Source: an uncultured Bacteroidales bacterium | GTDB lineage: Bacteria > Bacteroidota > Bacteroidia > Bacteroidales > VadinHA17 | Assembly: GCA_963823065.1 (NCBI GenBank) | Contig: CAWGJX010000004.1 | Location: forward strand, 1,088,139 to 1,152,138 | Direction of reading: 5' to 3' | DNA: 64,000 bases | In this document: positions 38,279-47,959 of the stretch, piece by piece | Position numbering within the stretch: position 1 is the stretch's first letter | Layout: every line of letters starts with the position of its first letter | The notes under the pieces: generated by a model | Told to the model about the DNA's origin: nothing | What the model saw: the letters and a program-made list of their open reading frames with translations, nothing else | Database searches by the model: none | Made by a program: the position numbers and the translations under genes

Positions 38279-39728
38279 TCAGGAGTTCATTTAAATCGAT
38301 AGTAGCATAAGTTGAGGCATAGTCCGACATGGCATAAGGGAGAATCAGATTCCTATTGTGAATAATAGAGCCACACGAGTAAAGTACGTTTGGCACATAA
38401 CCTTCCCTTTCTTCACTGTTGGAAAATAGTAAAGGTGTCTTTAGTCTTCCAATTTCTTTTTCAGGATTATTCAGTTCATATAATGATGCTCCCAAAACAT
38501 ATTCCCTCATTGGACCTACACCATGGGTAATAATAAGCCAACCTTCTTCTGTCTCGATGGGCGAGCCGCAGTTGCCAACCTGTATCAGATCCCACGAATA
38601 TTTTGGTTTCTGAATAAGGGTGGCTTCACGCCAGATATTAATATTATCTGAAAAAGCTAAATAATTATTTATACCGTCTGTCCTGCAAATAATGGCATAT
38701 TTCCCGTTTATCTTTCTGGGAAACAAGGCTATACCTTTATTATGGGCGAGCTCTCCATGGATGGGAAGCCCCTTGAAATGATAAAAATCACTTGTTGACA
38801 GCAATTTTGGTAATACATACATTCCATCATAGGCAGTATAGGTTGCATAGTAGATAACTTCGCCATTTTCCTCAGTGAACTTAACAAAACGTGCATCTTC
38901 AATGCCGTTTTTTTCGGTATCGGAGATTGGGAAAATGACTCTCTCGGAAATAGCCGAGTCGAGTGAAAACTCAATTTCATAATGTGAAAGAGCCAGCCAA
39001 AACATTTGATTGATGATTAATTCTTTATTTGGTGTCAGCTGATGTGTTTTTCTTATTTCTTCAACCGCCCTTTTTAAATCACCGTAAGTAAAACTGTCTC
39101 CCAGTTTTTCCAATACAAAGAGGGGTGAAATCTTATTATCGAAATCACGCATTTCATCCAGCTTCTTAATAAATGATTTTTTTTTGTATATATGTCTTTT
39201 GATCCGTTCAGCTTCTGCGAGCATTGTACCTACCGGTTCAATAATCATATTATTATTTTTATCAATGATAGCTGAACGAAAAACAATGGATGAGATATGC
39301 CCTTCACCTGTTGCTCTGAAACTAATGATCACTCTTGTTTCATCAATGCCTGTTTCCGATTGATCAGGATCTTCCACGATTGACGGATTAAAAAAAGCTG
39401 CTGATTCAATTGAGTATTCCATTGTGAAATAGGAACCAATCAGCACTTTCCGTGAATGATTAATTTTGGATGGTTTAATCCCCATTTCACCGAAAATCTT
39501 AACCAGTTTATTAAAGTGCGTTTCAAATATCAGAGAAATATTTCTATGACGCCTGGAATAATTTCTCAGCACCTGGCTTAATGCAGTGAATACTTCATCA
39601 TCAGTCATAGCCATTACACCAAGAATAATATTTTTACTCCTTTCGAATGAGAAATTGCAGAATCGGGCAATTACCCTGCTGGGATCAGGCGAAAATCTGG
39701 TACCTTTTCTGGTTACTGCAACTTGCAT
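38256..39728 (-). CDS. GH130-like glycoside phosphorylase/hydrolase with an N-terminal extension of about 200 aa of unknown function
   Basis: 490-aa ORF. The C-terminal ~290 aa carry GIEDARFVKF, YYATYTAYDG, NKGIALFPRKINGKY, EEGWLIITHGVG and EGYVPNVLYSCG, a typical GH130/DUF377 pattern. The N-terminal region has no motif I recognise. Confidence 0.75.
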   Translation of the reverse strand: MQVAVTRKGTRFSPDPSRVIARFCNFSFERSKNIILGVMAMTDDEVFTALSQVLRNYSRRHRNISLIFETHFNKLVKIFGEMGIKPSKINHSRKVLIGSYFTMEYSIESAAFFNPSIVEDPDQSETGIDETRVIISFRATGEGHISSIVFRSAIIDKNNNMIIEPVGTMLAEAERIKRHIYKKKSFIKKLDEMRDFDNKISPLFVLEKLGDSFTYGDLKRAVEEIRKTHQLTPNKELIINQMFWLALSHYEIEFSLDSAISERVIFPISDTEKNGIEDARFVKFTEENGEVIYYATYTAYDGMYVLPKLLSTSDFYHFKGLPIHGELAHNKGIALFPRKINGKYAIICRTDGINNYLAFSDNINIWREATLIQKPKYSWDLIQVGNCGSPIETEEGWLIITHGVGPMREYVLGASLYELNNPEKEIGRLKTPLLFSNSEEREGYVPNVLYSCGSIIHNRNLILPYAMSDYASTYATIDLNELLNELKNSR

Positions 39729-39737
39729 GGCCTTTTC

Positions 39738-42158
39738 TTATTCATTTTTTTGAATAATTGCTGTTTTTATTGATTTCTTTTCAGGATGGACCAATATCTG
39801 ATCACTAAATATTTTATCCTGTTCATTATACTTATCAACCGTCAATCGTGCCATCAGGTAGCTTATAGTAGATTCTGCTCCCTGGTTGAGATTCACATGA
39901 GTTTCTTCCATACCGTCATAACAGCCGCCGGTACATGGGTTATAAACAATCTGATGCAGGCGGTTGTTTCCTAAAAACCAGTTGAATGCAGTTTCCATTT
40001 TTATCCGGTAGTCAGCATCATTGAAAACTTCGTAAAATTTGTTTAATGTCATAATCGTATAGGCAACATCAATGGGCTGTTCACCAAAACGGGCAGGTAT
40101 CCGGCCTCTCTGAAGCCAGCTCCTGTTGGATATTACTTCTATGCCGTTTTCGTTGAAAATTTTAGATAACAGGAAAGCAAATGATTCCAGGGCAATTTCC
40201 TTATAAATTGCTTCTCCTGTCAGCAGCCAGGCATATAGCATGGCCTCAGGCAATATGCTGTTTGCATATGTAAGATAACCTTCAAACCATTGCCATTCTT
40301 CATCAGACTCATGCCTGTACATCTGAACCAGTCTGTTGGCCAGCGTTTTTATAAGGTCAGGATTTTCAGGCGATTTTATGGCTCTCTGATACAAATACAA
40401 GCCTTTTATTGCAAAAGCCATTGCCCGGGTGGAATGTATCGTTTCAATGCCGGGAACAGTATTTTGAAAAACTGTAATGGCCTCAGCACATGTTGTTCCG
40501 GGAAGTAACTTCTTTTCCGAGATCAAATAACCCAGGGCCCAGATAGCCCTTCCATTTGAATCCTCTAAGTTTTCAGATTTATTTTGAGCAGTAAATTTAT
40601 TCTCAACATCTACATAATTTAAAAAGTCTCCGGAAGGTTGCTGACAAAATTTAATAAAACTGAGATATTTATTTATGTACAATACACTATTGGAATCACC
40701 TGTTAAAACGAAATGCATGCACATTGCTATCATTGATCTGGCATTATCGTCGAGAGTATAACCGGAACACAGATCGGGTTGATTGATTTTTGAAAACTGA
40801 ATAATTCCTGTTTCCGTAGTCATTTGTTTTAAATGATTCAGATTGATAGCAGGCATATTATATTGTATAGTAATCTTGTGTCTGGCTATTTTTTTGAACA
40901 GCATTGCGTGTTCTACGGCAGAATTTTCCCAGGCTGTGGAAACTATCTTCTGCAAGGTATTTATCCTGTAATTCATGAGTAATTCATTATCATTAAATAA
41001 CCTGAGAACACCAGCAGCCAATTGCTGTGAGTTGCCAAAATCAAAAATAATTCCTGTATCCTCTGTTAATACTTCTTTTGCATGAGGGATAGGAGTTGAA
41101 ATGATAGGACAGCCACAGCTCATTGCATATGCAAAAGTGCCACTTACAGCCTGGTTGGGGTCATTGCTGGTAAACAGATATATATCAGTAAGCTGCAGAT
41201 ATTCAAGTAATTCAGGCAAAGCCAAATAGCTATTAATGAATTTTACGTGCTGTGATAGATTATTTTTAATTACCAATTTCTCAAGACTTATCCGGTATTT
41301 CTCTCCTTCTTCCTTAAAAACTTCAGGATGTGTCTTGCCAAGCACTAGAAATAATGCATCGGGGTTCGTTTTAATGATCAGCGGTAATGCTTTAATTGTT
41401 GTTTCAATGCCCTTACCGGAGCTTAACAGTCCAAAAGTGGAAAGAACTTTCCTCCCTTTGAATCCATATTTACTTTTCAGGGATTCTTTGCTTAGATGTG
41501 GCACGAGATGCGTTCCATGAGCTATCACCGATAACTTATTTTTCGGCAAATCATAATCGTTCATCAATATCTCAGCCGAATTATGAGTCATAACAACTAT
41601 TGATTCACAGAATAATGCAATAGTTTTTATTTCAGTTTTCAACTTTTCATCAGGATGCGGAAGCACAGTATGGAAAACTATGACAACCGGTTTTGTAAGC
41701 GCTTTCATAAATTGCAGAAATGCAGGTTCCTGCTTACTGAAGAATCCAAACTCATGCTGGATCAGAACAATTGTTATCTGACTGTCTTTATTAATCTTCA
41801 TGGCCAGTGTTCTGTATCTGTCAGTCAATGAAGTCTTAAGCACATATTTTACCTCGCCGGTATATTCAAAATTCTCATCACCCGATTCCAGTGCGCAAAC
41901 TTTTATGGAAAAAGTATTGTTGAATTTATTATTCAGAGCTTTAATCAAATCGTTAGAATAGGTAGCTATGCCACATTCCCTGGGTGGATAGGAAGTAATA
42001 AATAATATTTCGACAGAATCACTTGATTTGTCTATCAGAGATTGCTGTTCACTCACCCTGCTATTCAGCCCGGGATATGTTGATTTTTCAAAGCTAAATG
42101 TACTTTCCCGATTAGAAATTGTCTCTTCGGTTCTGTTTAAAACTGTTCTGTTTTTCAT
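39738..42158 (-). CDS. GT4-type glycosyltransferase fused to a C-terminal helical domain of about 370 aa, possibly (alpha/alpha)6-like
   Basis: Intact 806-aa ORF. The GT-B part covers about residues 55-430 (ILFITSYPPRECGIATYSNDL). The C-terminal part is rich in W/Y-containing helical repeats (GRAIWALGYL, WQWFEGYLTYANSILPEAMLYAW, NQGAESTISYL). That fold assignment is inference. Confidence 0.7.
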   Translation of the reverse strand: MKNRTVLNRTEETISNRESTFSFEKSTYPGLNSRVSEQQSLIDKSSDSVEILFITSYPPRECGIATYSNDLIKALNNKFNNTFSIKVCALESGDENFEYTGEVKYVLKTSLTDRYRTLAMKINKDSQITIVLIQHEFGFFSKQEPAFLQFMKALTKPVVIVFHTVLPHPDEKLKTEIKTIALFCESIVVMTHNSAEILMNDYDLPKNKLSVIAHGTHLVPHLSKESLKSKYGFKGRKVLSTFGLLSSGKGIETTIKALPLIIKTNPDALFLVLGKTHPEVFKEEGEKYRISLEKLVIKNNLSQHVKFINSYLALPELLEYLQLTDIYLFTSNDPNQAVSGTFAYAMSCGCPIISTPIPHAKEVLTEDTGIIFDFGNSQQLAAGVLRLFNDNELLMNYRINTLQKIVSTAWENSAVEHAMLFKKIARHKITIQYNMPAINLNHLKQMTTETGIIQFSKINQPDLCSGYTLDDNARSMIAMCMHFVLTGDSNSVLYINKYLSFIKFCQQPSGDFLNYVDVENKFTAQNKSENLEDSNGRAIWALGYLISEKKLLPGTTCAEAITVFQNTVPGIETIHSTRAMAFAIKGLYLYQRAIKSPENPDLIKTLANRLVQMYRHESDEEWQWFEGYLTYANSILPEAMLYAWLLTGEAIYKEIALESFAFLLSKIFNENGIEVISNRSWLQRGRIPARFGEQPIDVAYTIMTLNKFYEVFNDADYRIKMETAFNWFLGNNRLHQIVYNPCTGGCYDGMEETHVNLNQGAESTISYLMARLTVDKYNEQDKIFSDQILVHPEKKSIKTAIIQKNE

Positions 42159-42516
42159 TTATCACTCACTGACTGTATTAATAATTCTTCCAATAATCCG
42201 GATAAACTGACTGATGCGCATGCAACATGTGAATAAGCTCAATCTGGAGACACAATTAAGATATACATAACAAAGATGTGTAACTAAAGATGCTTAAGTG
42301 TTACAGAACTTTGACAAAAAGTTATATTATTCACATATAGTTTTTCTCCCTGAAATCATTAAACATGTGAATATTGTAACTTTTTTTAGAAGTTATGTAA
42401 TACTCAACCTTATCCATGAGATTAACTTTAAACCTTCATATTTCGGATAAAAAAAGAGATAATATGAATCCTTCTTCGCTGCACAGTGGGGAAGACAACA
42501 GGTAAATGCAAAAAAA

Positions 42517-43080
42517 ATGGGACTTTCTCTGAGTATCAATAAAAAAGACAGCATTGAAATAGATACTAGCCTTAAAGGATTTCCGGATAATCTGACATCC
42601 AAAATCAAAGAATTACTGGATTCTAAAACTTCTGAAAATAAACTCGCAGCAAGGAGTAAACTTGTAAGTATGGGTAAATCTATTATCCCACAACTACATA
42701 AATTATTAGATACGAAGAATGGATTGCTTCGTATGGAAGTTGCGAAGGTTATTGAACTGATAGCAGATAGAAAGTCGATTCCTTTTTTAATTAATCTGCT
42801 CGATGATAAAGAATTTGAAATCAGATGGATTGCAGCTGAAGGTCTTGTTAGAATAGGAAGACGAAGCATTGTGCCACTGCTGATGGCAATCCGCGATGGA
42901 AAGAGCGCTTTAATATTTAATGAAGGAGCTCATCATGTCTTGTTAGGTGTGCTCAAAGAAAATGAAAAGAATACATTAAGGAGTTTACTGAAAAGTCTTG
43001 ATGATTCTCAGGAGTTAGGGGAAACTGCCCCCGTAGAGGCTTCAGAAGCTATAAAAAATGTATTTAAACGAAAAAATTAA
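42517..43080 (+). CDS. HEAT-repeat protein
   Basis: 187-aa ORF with repeated ...R..A...L..IGD..SIP.LI.LL.D.....R..AAEGL... units typical of PBS-lyase/HEAT-like repeats. Confidence 0.7.
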   Translation: MGLSLSINKKDSIEIDTSLKGFPDNLTSKIKELLDSKTSENKLAARSKLVSMGKSIIPQLHKLLDTKNGLLRMEVAKVIELIADRKSIPFLINLLDDKEFEIRWIAAEGLVRIGRRSIVPLLMAIRDGKSALIFNEGAHHVLLGVLKENEKNTLRSLLKSLDDSQELGETAPVEASEAIKNVFKRKN

Positions 43081-43214
43081 CAAAACTACCCTTGTTTTGT
43101 TGCAATAGAGAAGTATTGAATTAAGAAATAATATTCCCATTCGTTCTTTCCGTATTAAAAACAGGAAAATTGAACCACGAACTTTCAGCACATTGAGTAT
43201 AAATTCAGCAAATT

Positions 43215-44081
43215 ATGAAAACAATTATTGTTCCCCTTGATCTCTCAGATGAGTCATTAAATGGTCTGAATCTCGCAGTTATGTTGGCTACTAAAACCGG
43301 AGCTAACATTATAATGGTTCATGTCACCGGAGTATATACCGGCGATTATTATGAACAGAAAGAAAAGGAAAATAAATTTGCGCAAACAAAATTTGACGGA
43401 TTACTTCGGGAATATAAAGATAAAATCAAAAATTTTTCTCTAAGTTATATAATAAAAGAAGGTAAGATATTCAAGGAAGTAGCAGACCTGGCAGATAAGT
43501 ATGAAGACGCATTGACTGTGCTTGCAACTCATGGGTCATCAGGATTTGAAGAATTGTTTATCGGAGGTAACGCTTACAAAATAGCTTCTCATTCCAGAAA
43601 TCCGGTGATCACAGTCAGAAAAAGCAACATACCTTCAAAAATTAGTAATATAGTACTGCCTCTTGACATGACTTTCCAGACTCGTGAAAAGGTTCCATAT
43701 ACGGTTGACCTTGCTAAGAAATTTGGTTCAAAAATTCATATTCTGACAATAAGGTTATCAAATTTAAAAAGTATTGAAAAGAGGCTTCAAAATTATGCTG
43801 AACAGGTGGCTTCATATCTCGACTCACATAAAATTTCATATACAGTGGAATATCTTCATGGAGGAAACCTGACTGACTTGACTCTTGATTATTCCCGTTC
43901 AATAAGTGCTGATATGATTTCAATAATGACCGAGCAGGAGAAGAGTGCTTCAAATCTGTTGCTGGGAAATTTTGCTCATCAAATGATAAACAAAGCTTAT
44001 ATACCGGTTTTATCATTTCCAAATCACCATTTACGAATAACAGCTGAGGATATCTGGACTTTAGGCGCATTTAACCCCTGA
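43215..44081 (+). CDS. tandem universal stress protein (two UspA domains)
   Basis: 288-aa ORF with IIVPLDLSDES and VLATHGSSGFEELFIGGNAYKIASHSRNPVITV, then a second Usp-like half. Confidence 0.85.
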   Translation: MKTIIVPLDLSDESLNGLNLAVMLATKTGANIIMVHVTGVYTGDYYEQKEKENKFAQTKFDGLLREYKDKIKNFSLSYIIKEGKIFKEVADLADKYEDALTVLATHGSSGFEELFIGGNAYKIASHSRNPVITVRKSNIPSKISNIVLPLDMTFQTREKVPYTVDLAKKFGSKIHILTIRLSNLKSIEKRLQNYAEQVASYLDSHKISYTVEYLHGGNLTDLTLDYSRSISADMISIMTEQEKSASNLLLGNFAHQMINKAYIPVLSFPNHHLRITAEDIWTLGAFNP

Positions 44082-44154
44082 TTTCCTGTTCGGGTTCTTT
44101 GTGACGATGTAATAAAAGCAATTAACAATTAATTAATCAAATAATTAGTAGATA

Positions 44155-44364
44155 ATGGAATCACGAATAATAATAAAATCAATTAAATCAGGGCTTTGTC
44201 TCATATTGTTAGCAGTTGTAATCACAGCCTGTAATACTCAACAGGGAATGATGAACGGAGACGGAGGGTCGATGTATATGGGACGGTGGCATTGGATTCA
44301 GATTCTGATTGGTATAATAATTGGAATCCTGCTTGGTTATTTATTCGCCAGGAGAAAAAAGTGA
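44155..44364 (+). CDS. small membrane or lipoprotein-like protein (69 aa)
   Basis: Signal-like LCLILLAVVITAC (lipobox-like), then NTQQGMMNGDGGS and a C-terminal TM segment IQILIGIIIGILLGYLFARRKK. A truncated paralogous segment lies at 50509-50592. Confidence 0.5.
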   Translation: MESRIIIKSIKSGLCLILLAVVITACNTQQGMMNGDGGSMYMGRWHWIQILIGIIIGILLGYLFARRKK

Positions 44365-44437
44365 TCCTGTGAGAACTTGAAACTCACATTATTGGTTTCT
44401 GTGATTAATATCAGATACCAGATTTTTATATAAAAAT

Positions 44438-44932
44438 ATGACGAACATGAAGAAAGAAAAATTAAGTAAGGTATTAATAGCACTTGATTATAATCCAACT
44501 GCCCAAAAAGTGGCTGAGGTGGGTTTTTCAGTAGCAAAATCAATGAATGCTGAAGTAACGTTGCTTCACGTAATAACTGATCCGGTGTTTTATTCCACAT
44601 CAGGATATTCGCCAATAATGGGATTTAGCGGTTATATAGATATGAGTCCCATGAAGTTGGATAGTATTGATGGACTGAAAAATGCGTCCCTTCAATATCT
44701 TGATAAATCAAAACAACACCTTGGTGACAAAACCATTCAGACTATTGTGAAAGAGGGTGATTTTGCTGATTCCATTTTAGAGACTGCCAGGGAGTTGCAT
44801 GCCGATATTATTGTCGTAGGATCACATAGCCGGAAATGGCTGGAAAATGTATTAATGGGAAGTGTCACCGAAAAAGTCCTTCATAATTCAAAGATTCCGC
44901 TATTAATTGTTCCTACTAAAAAGGGGAAATAG
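44438..44932 (+). CDS. universal stress protein (single UspA domain)
   Basis: 164-aa ORF with KVLIALDYNP and IIVVGSHSRKWLENVLMGSVTEKVLHNSKIPLLIV. Confidence 0.88.
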   Translation: MTNMKKEKLSKVLIALDYNPTAQKVAEVGFSVAKSMNAEVTLLHVITDPVFYSTSGYSPIMGFSGYIDMSPMKLDSIDGLKNASLQYLDKSKQHLGDKTIQTIVKEGDFADSILETARELHADIIVVGSHSRKWLENVLMGSVTEKVLHNSKIPLLIVPTKKGK

Positions 44933-44946
44933 ATAAAATGTAAAAA

Positions 44947-46266
44947 ATGAAAGTAAAACTTATTATATTTTTTTGCATCGTTTCTGGCGCGTTGAATGCT
45001 CAACGCGAACAATTACAATATTTTCGTCCAAATAATAAGTTGGGTGTAAATATTTTTGAGACTACGAAAAATGACACAATCCCTTTCAAAGGATTTGGTG
45101 TAAATGTAGGAGGTAATTTTACTCAGGATTTCCAGGCACTGAAACATCAAAATACTGCTGTACCTGTTTATGATGTTAATGGAGTAAACACCAATCAACT
45201 TATCTCACTTACCAACGGATTCAACCGTGCTATGGCTAATTTGAATATTGATGCCCAATTAGCCGATGGCATCAGGATGAATCTGACTATGTATTTATCT
45301 ACCCGGCATCACGAGGAAACATGGGTGAAAGGAGGATATATTCAATTTGATAAACTGCCTTTTCTTAAAAGTGATTTCATAAATAACATGATGAAAAGCT
45401 TTACCATTAAGATAGGAGATTATGAAATTGATTACGGGGATCAGCATTTTCAAAGAAGTGACGGAGGGAACGCAATTTACAATCCTTTTATAGAAAATTA
45501 TATTATGGATGAGTTTGCAACAGAAATTGGAGGCGAAATTTACTATCATCCTTTAAGCGGTTTAATTGCTATGATTGGAATTACTAATGGTGAGCTTAAT
45601 CCTACCGTTATTTCTTCTTCTGTAATCGACACTGCTACGGGCAAATTGAACAGATATGCTCCTGCATTGCATGGCAAGCTTGGATTCGACAAGCAGTTTA
45701 ATAATGATTTAAGAATTAGATTAACAGGCTCCTTTTATGTGGATAAAAGCTCTGCGGGTAATACATTATTTTTCGGGGACAGAACAGGTTCCCGCTATTT
45801 CTTTGTTATGGAGAACACCTCGGCTACCTCATCGGATAACGCGTGGTCAGGAAGATACAACCCAATGTTCAGCGAGCAGGTGACTACTTTTATGATAAAT
45901 CCATTCATTAAATATAAAGGTCTGGAGTTATCAGGAACTTATGAAAGTGCAAAAGGAAGAATGATTACTGAAGTAGACATGCGGAAAGCAAAACAGTATG
46001 CAATTGATCTTATTTACAGGTTCCCGAGGGAAACGGAAAATTTCTGGATTGGAGGTCGTTATAATTCTGTAAAGACTTCATTACCATTGTTTCCGGGTGA
46101 TATAACAATTAATCGTACGGCTGGTTCAATTGGCTGGTTTGTTACAAAAAATTTGATGCTGAAAGCAGAGTATGTCGACCAGCTTTATAGAAATTTTAAA
46201 TCCACTGATATCCGTTCTGGAGGAAAATTTGATGGTATTATGTTTGAAGCCTCTATCGGGTTTTGA
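44947..46266 (+). CDS. outer-membrane beta-barrel (porin-like) protein
   Basis: 439-aa ORF with a signal peptide, alternating beta-strand-like pattern and the C-terminal ...MFEASIGF aromatic terminus typical of OMPs. Confidence 0.65.
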   Translation: MKVKLIIFFCIVSGALNAQREQLQYFRPNNKLGVNIFETTKNDTIPFKGFGVNVGGNFTQDFQALKHQNTAVPVYDVNGVNTNQLISLTNGFNRAMANLNIDAQLADGIRMNLTMYLSTRHHEETWVKGGYIQFDKLPFLKSDFINNMMKSFTIKIGDYEIDYGDQHFQRSDGGNAIYNPFIENYIMDEFATEIGGEIYYHPLSGLIAMIGITNGELNPTVISSSVIDTATGKLNRYAPALHGKLGFDKQFNNDLRIRLTGSFYVDKSSAGNTLFFGDRTGSRYFFVMENTSATSSDNAWSGRYNPMFSEQVTTFMINPFIKYKGLELSGTYESAKGRMITEVDMRKAKQYAIDLIYRFPRETENFWIGGRYNSVKTSLPLFPGDITINRTAGSIGWFVTKNLMLKAEYVDQLYRNFKSTDIRSGGKFDGIMFEASIGF

Positions 46267-46284
46267 AAAGTAAAATTTGAGATT

Positions 46285-47928
46285 ATGGAAATAAGTGCAG
46301 ACGCAGGGAAACCTGCTAAACCATCTATCCTTGTTAATGTACCCAAACTAATCACAGCATATTTTGAAGAAGTTCCTGATCCTTTGGTGCCGGAACAACA
46401 GGTTCTGTTTGGAACCTCCGGACATCGCGGCTCATCCTTTAAGAATTCTTTTAACGAAAATCATATTCTTGCAATTACGCAGGCTATTTGTTTGTACCGC
46501 CAGCAAAAGAAGATAACCGGTCCGCTTTTTCTTGGAATGGATACTCATGCACTTTCTGTTCCGGCTTTTGCCACTTCACTTGAAGTTCTGGCTGCCAATG
46601 GTATTGAAGTTATGATTGCCGGAAAGGAGGAATATACTCCAACCCCGTTATTTCTCATGCTATTATCATATATAACAAAGGTCGCCGTGAAGGGCTTGCT
46701 GATGGTATAGTGATAACTCCTTCGCATAACCCGCCTCATGATGGAGGCTTCAAATATAATCCTCCCAATGGTGGTGGAGCAGAATCTTCTATCACGCAGT
46801 GGATTGAAAATAAAGCAAATGAATTTCTGAAAAATAATCTTCAGGGTGTAAGAAGACTTCCGTTTGATAAAGCTCTCAAAGCATCCACAACCCACAGGCA
46901 TGATTATTTAAATAATTACATATCAGATCTTTCCCGGGTTATTGATATGGATGTAATCCGAAATTCAAATATTAAGCTTGGGGTTGATCCGCTGGGTGGC
47001 GCAGGTGTTCATTACTGGGAACCTATTGCTGAACGCTATAAGTTAAACCTTACGGTTGTCAATAAAGCTGTGGATCCAACTTTCCGCTTTATGACGGTCG
47101 ACTGGGATGGCCAGATCCGCATGGATCCGTCTTCACCTTATGCAATGCAAAGTTTAATTAAATTAAAAGATCGATTTTGACATAGCATTTGCCTGCGATA
47201 CCGATCACGACAGACATGGGATCGTAACAAAAAGTCATGGACTTTTGCCTCCGAATCATTATCTCTCTGTCGCAATTAATTATTTATTCAGGAACAGACC
47301 CCTGTGGAACCAAAAGCTGGCTGTTGGTAAAACATTGGTAAGCAGTAAGATGATTGATAAAGTAGCTGCAGAGTTAGATCGGAGAATCTATGAGGTACCT
47401 GTCGGATTCAAATGGTTTGCAGATGGATTATATGATGGCTCGCTGGGCTTTGGAGGAGAAGAGAGTGCAGGAGCATCTTTCTTACGTTTTGATGGTACTG
47501 TATGGACAACCGATAAAGATGGAATTATCCTGGCTTTGCTATCAGCTGAAATTACTGCAAAAAATGGTCGTGACCCTGGTGATATTTATAGTGATCTTAC
47601 TAAAAAATTAGGCGATCCTGTTTATGACCGTATTGATGCACCTACAACTCCTGAGCAAAAGAAAATGTTAGCAAAGCTCTCTCCGGAACAGGTTAAATTT
47701 ACTGAACTGGCTGGTGAAAAGATAATAACATGTCTTACAAATGCCCCGGGTAATGGAGCTTCTATCGGAGGCTTAAAGGTAATTACGGATAATGGCTGGT
47801 TTGCAGCCCGGCCTTCCGGAACGGAAAATATATACAAGATCTATGCTGAGAGTTTTAAGGGAACAGATCATTTGCATAAAATAATTAAAGAGGCCCAGGA
47901 AATAGTCACTAAAGCTGTGACTCAGTAA
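46285..47928 (+). pseudogene. pgm: phosphoglucomutase (alpha-D-glucose-phosphate specific), two frameshifts
   Basis: ORFs 46285..46710, 46710..47180 and 47245..47928 occupy frames 1, 0 and 1. Motifs are TPSHNPPHDGGFKY, GVDPLGGAG and, after removing one T from a T-run near 47175, [11 protein letters not shown]. The 1644 nt equal 548 codons. Confidence 0.9.
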
Positions 47929-47959
47929 TTTAAATCGAAAGCATTCTGAATTTGAAATC

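Noticed and set aside
43080-43112. Hairpin aacaaaac/gttttgtt after the HEAT-repeat gene, and tgtgag/ctcaca after 44364, as terminators
   Set aside because: The stems are only 6-8 bp and AT-rich, and they lack a following T-run. The evidence is too weak to list them as features.
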